Below, in pieces: positions 63,874-64,000 of a stretch of 64,000 nucleotides of DNA. The position numbers and the translations under genes were made by a program. The first letter of the stretch is position 1; every line of letters begins with the position of its first letter. This DNA comes from Podarcis cretensis (taxonomy: Eukaryota): assembly GCA_951804945.1 (NCBI GenBank), contig OX638149.1, positions 58,218,001 through 58,282,000 on the forward strand, given 5' to 3'. A model generated the notes under the pieces. It was not told where the DNA came from and made no database searches. It saw only the letters and a list, made by a program, of their open reading frames with translations.

Positions 63874-64000
63874 TACAGCTGTGTACGTGCAAATATTTAC
63901 TGGGGCGCCATCCTCACTGTGAGGCAGGTGTGGGTGTGTGGGTGTGCAAGTAAGTAAGTGAGTGAGAGAAGGTGGGGGAGAGAGTGCCAACTCATCTGCA

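Noticed and set aside
1-64000. Host protein-coding gene or novel multi-gene system
   Set aside because: No non-TE ORF resembles a protein I recognise; small exons could be missed without alignment, so absence is not proven

Overview
Eukaryotic, non-coding-dominated window from a squamate reptile, most likely a lacertid lizard. This is inferred from young Sauria SINEs with (ACCTTT)n tails, tRNA-headed SINEs with CR1 tails, BovB and L2 relics. I could not recognise any host protein-coding exon, so the window looks like a long intron or gene desert. The only real long ORF is the ORF2 of a recently inserted, 5'-truncated L1-clade LINE (58803-62410). It has a 16-bp TSD, a polyA tail and about 1100 uninterrupted codons covering a partial endonuclease, RT and CCHC finger. 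The rest is a layered TE landscape: two more L1 3' fragments, eight TA-flanked Tc1/mariner (pogo/Tigger-like) MITEs plus a one-ended element, hAT MITEs, four Sauria SINEs, tRNA-Lys/Ile/Ala SINEs, a BovB fragment with a 5' inversion, a solo LTR, L2/CR1/RTE remnants, microsatellites and a 195-N gap. TE-poor blocks between them look like candidate conserved enhancers. The most notable non-TE signal is a candidate recursive splice site (poly-Y CAG|GTAAGT at 46920/46921). I found no evidence of a novel multi-gene system. All family names come from recognition by eye, not database searches.
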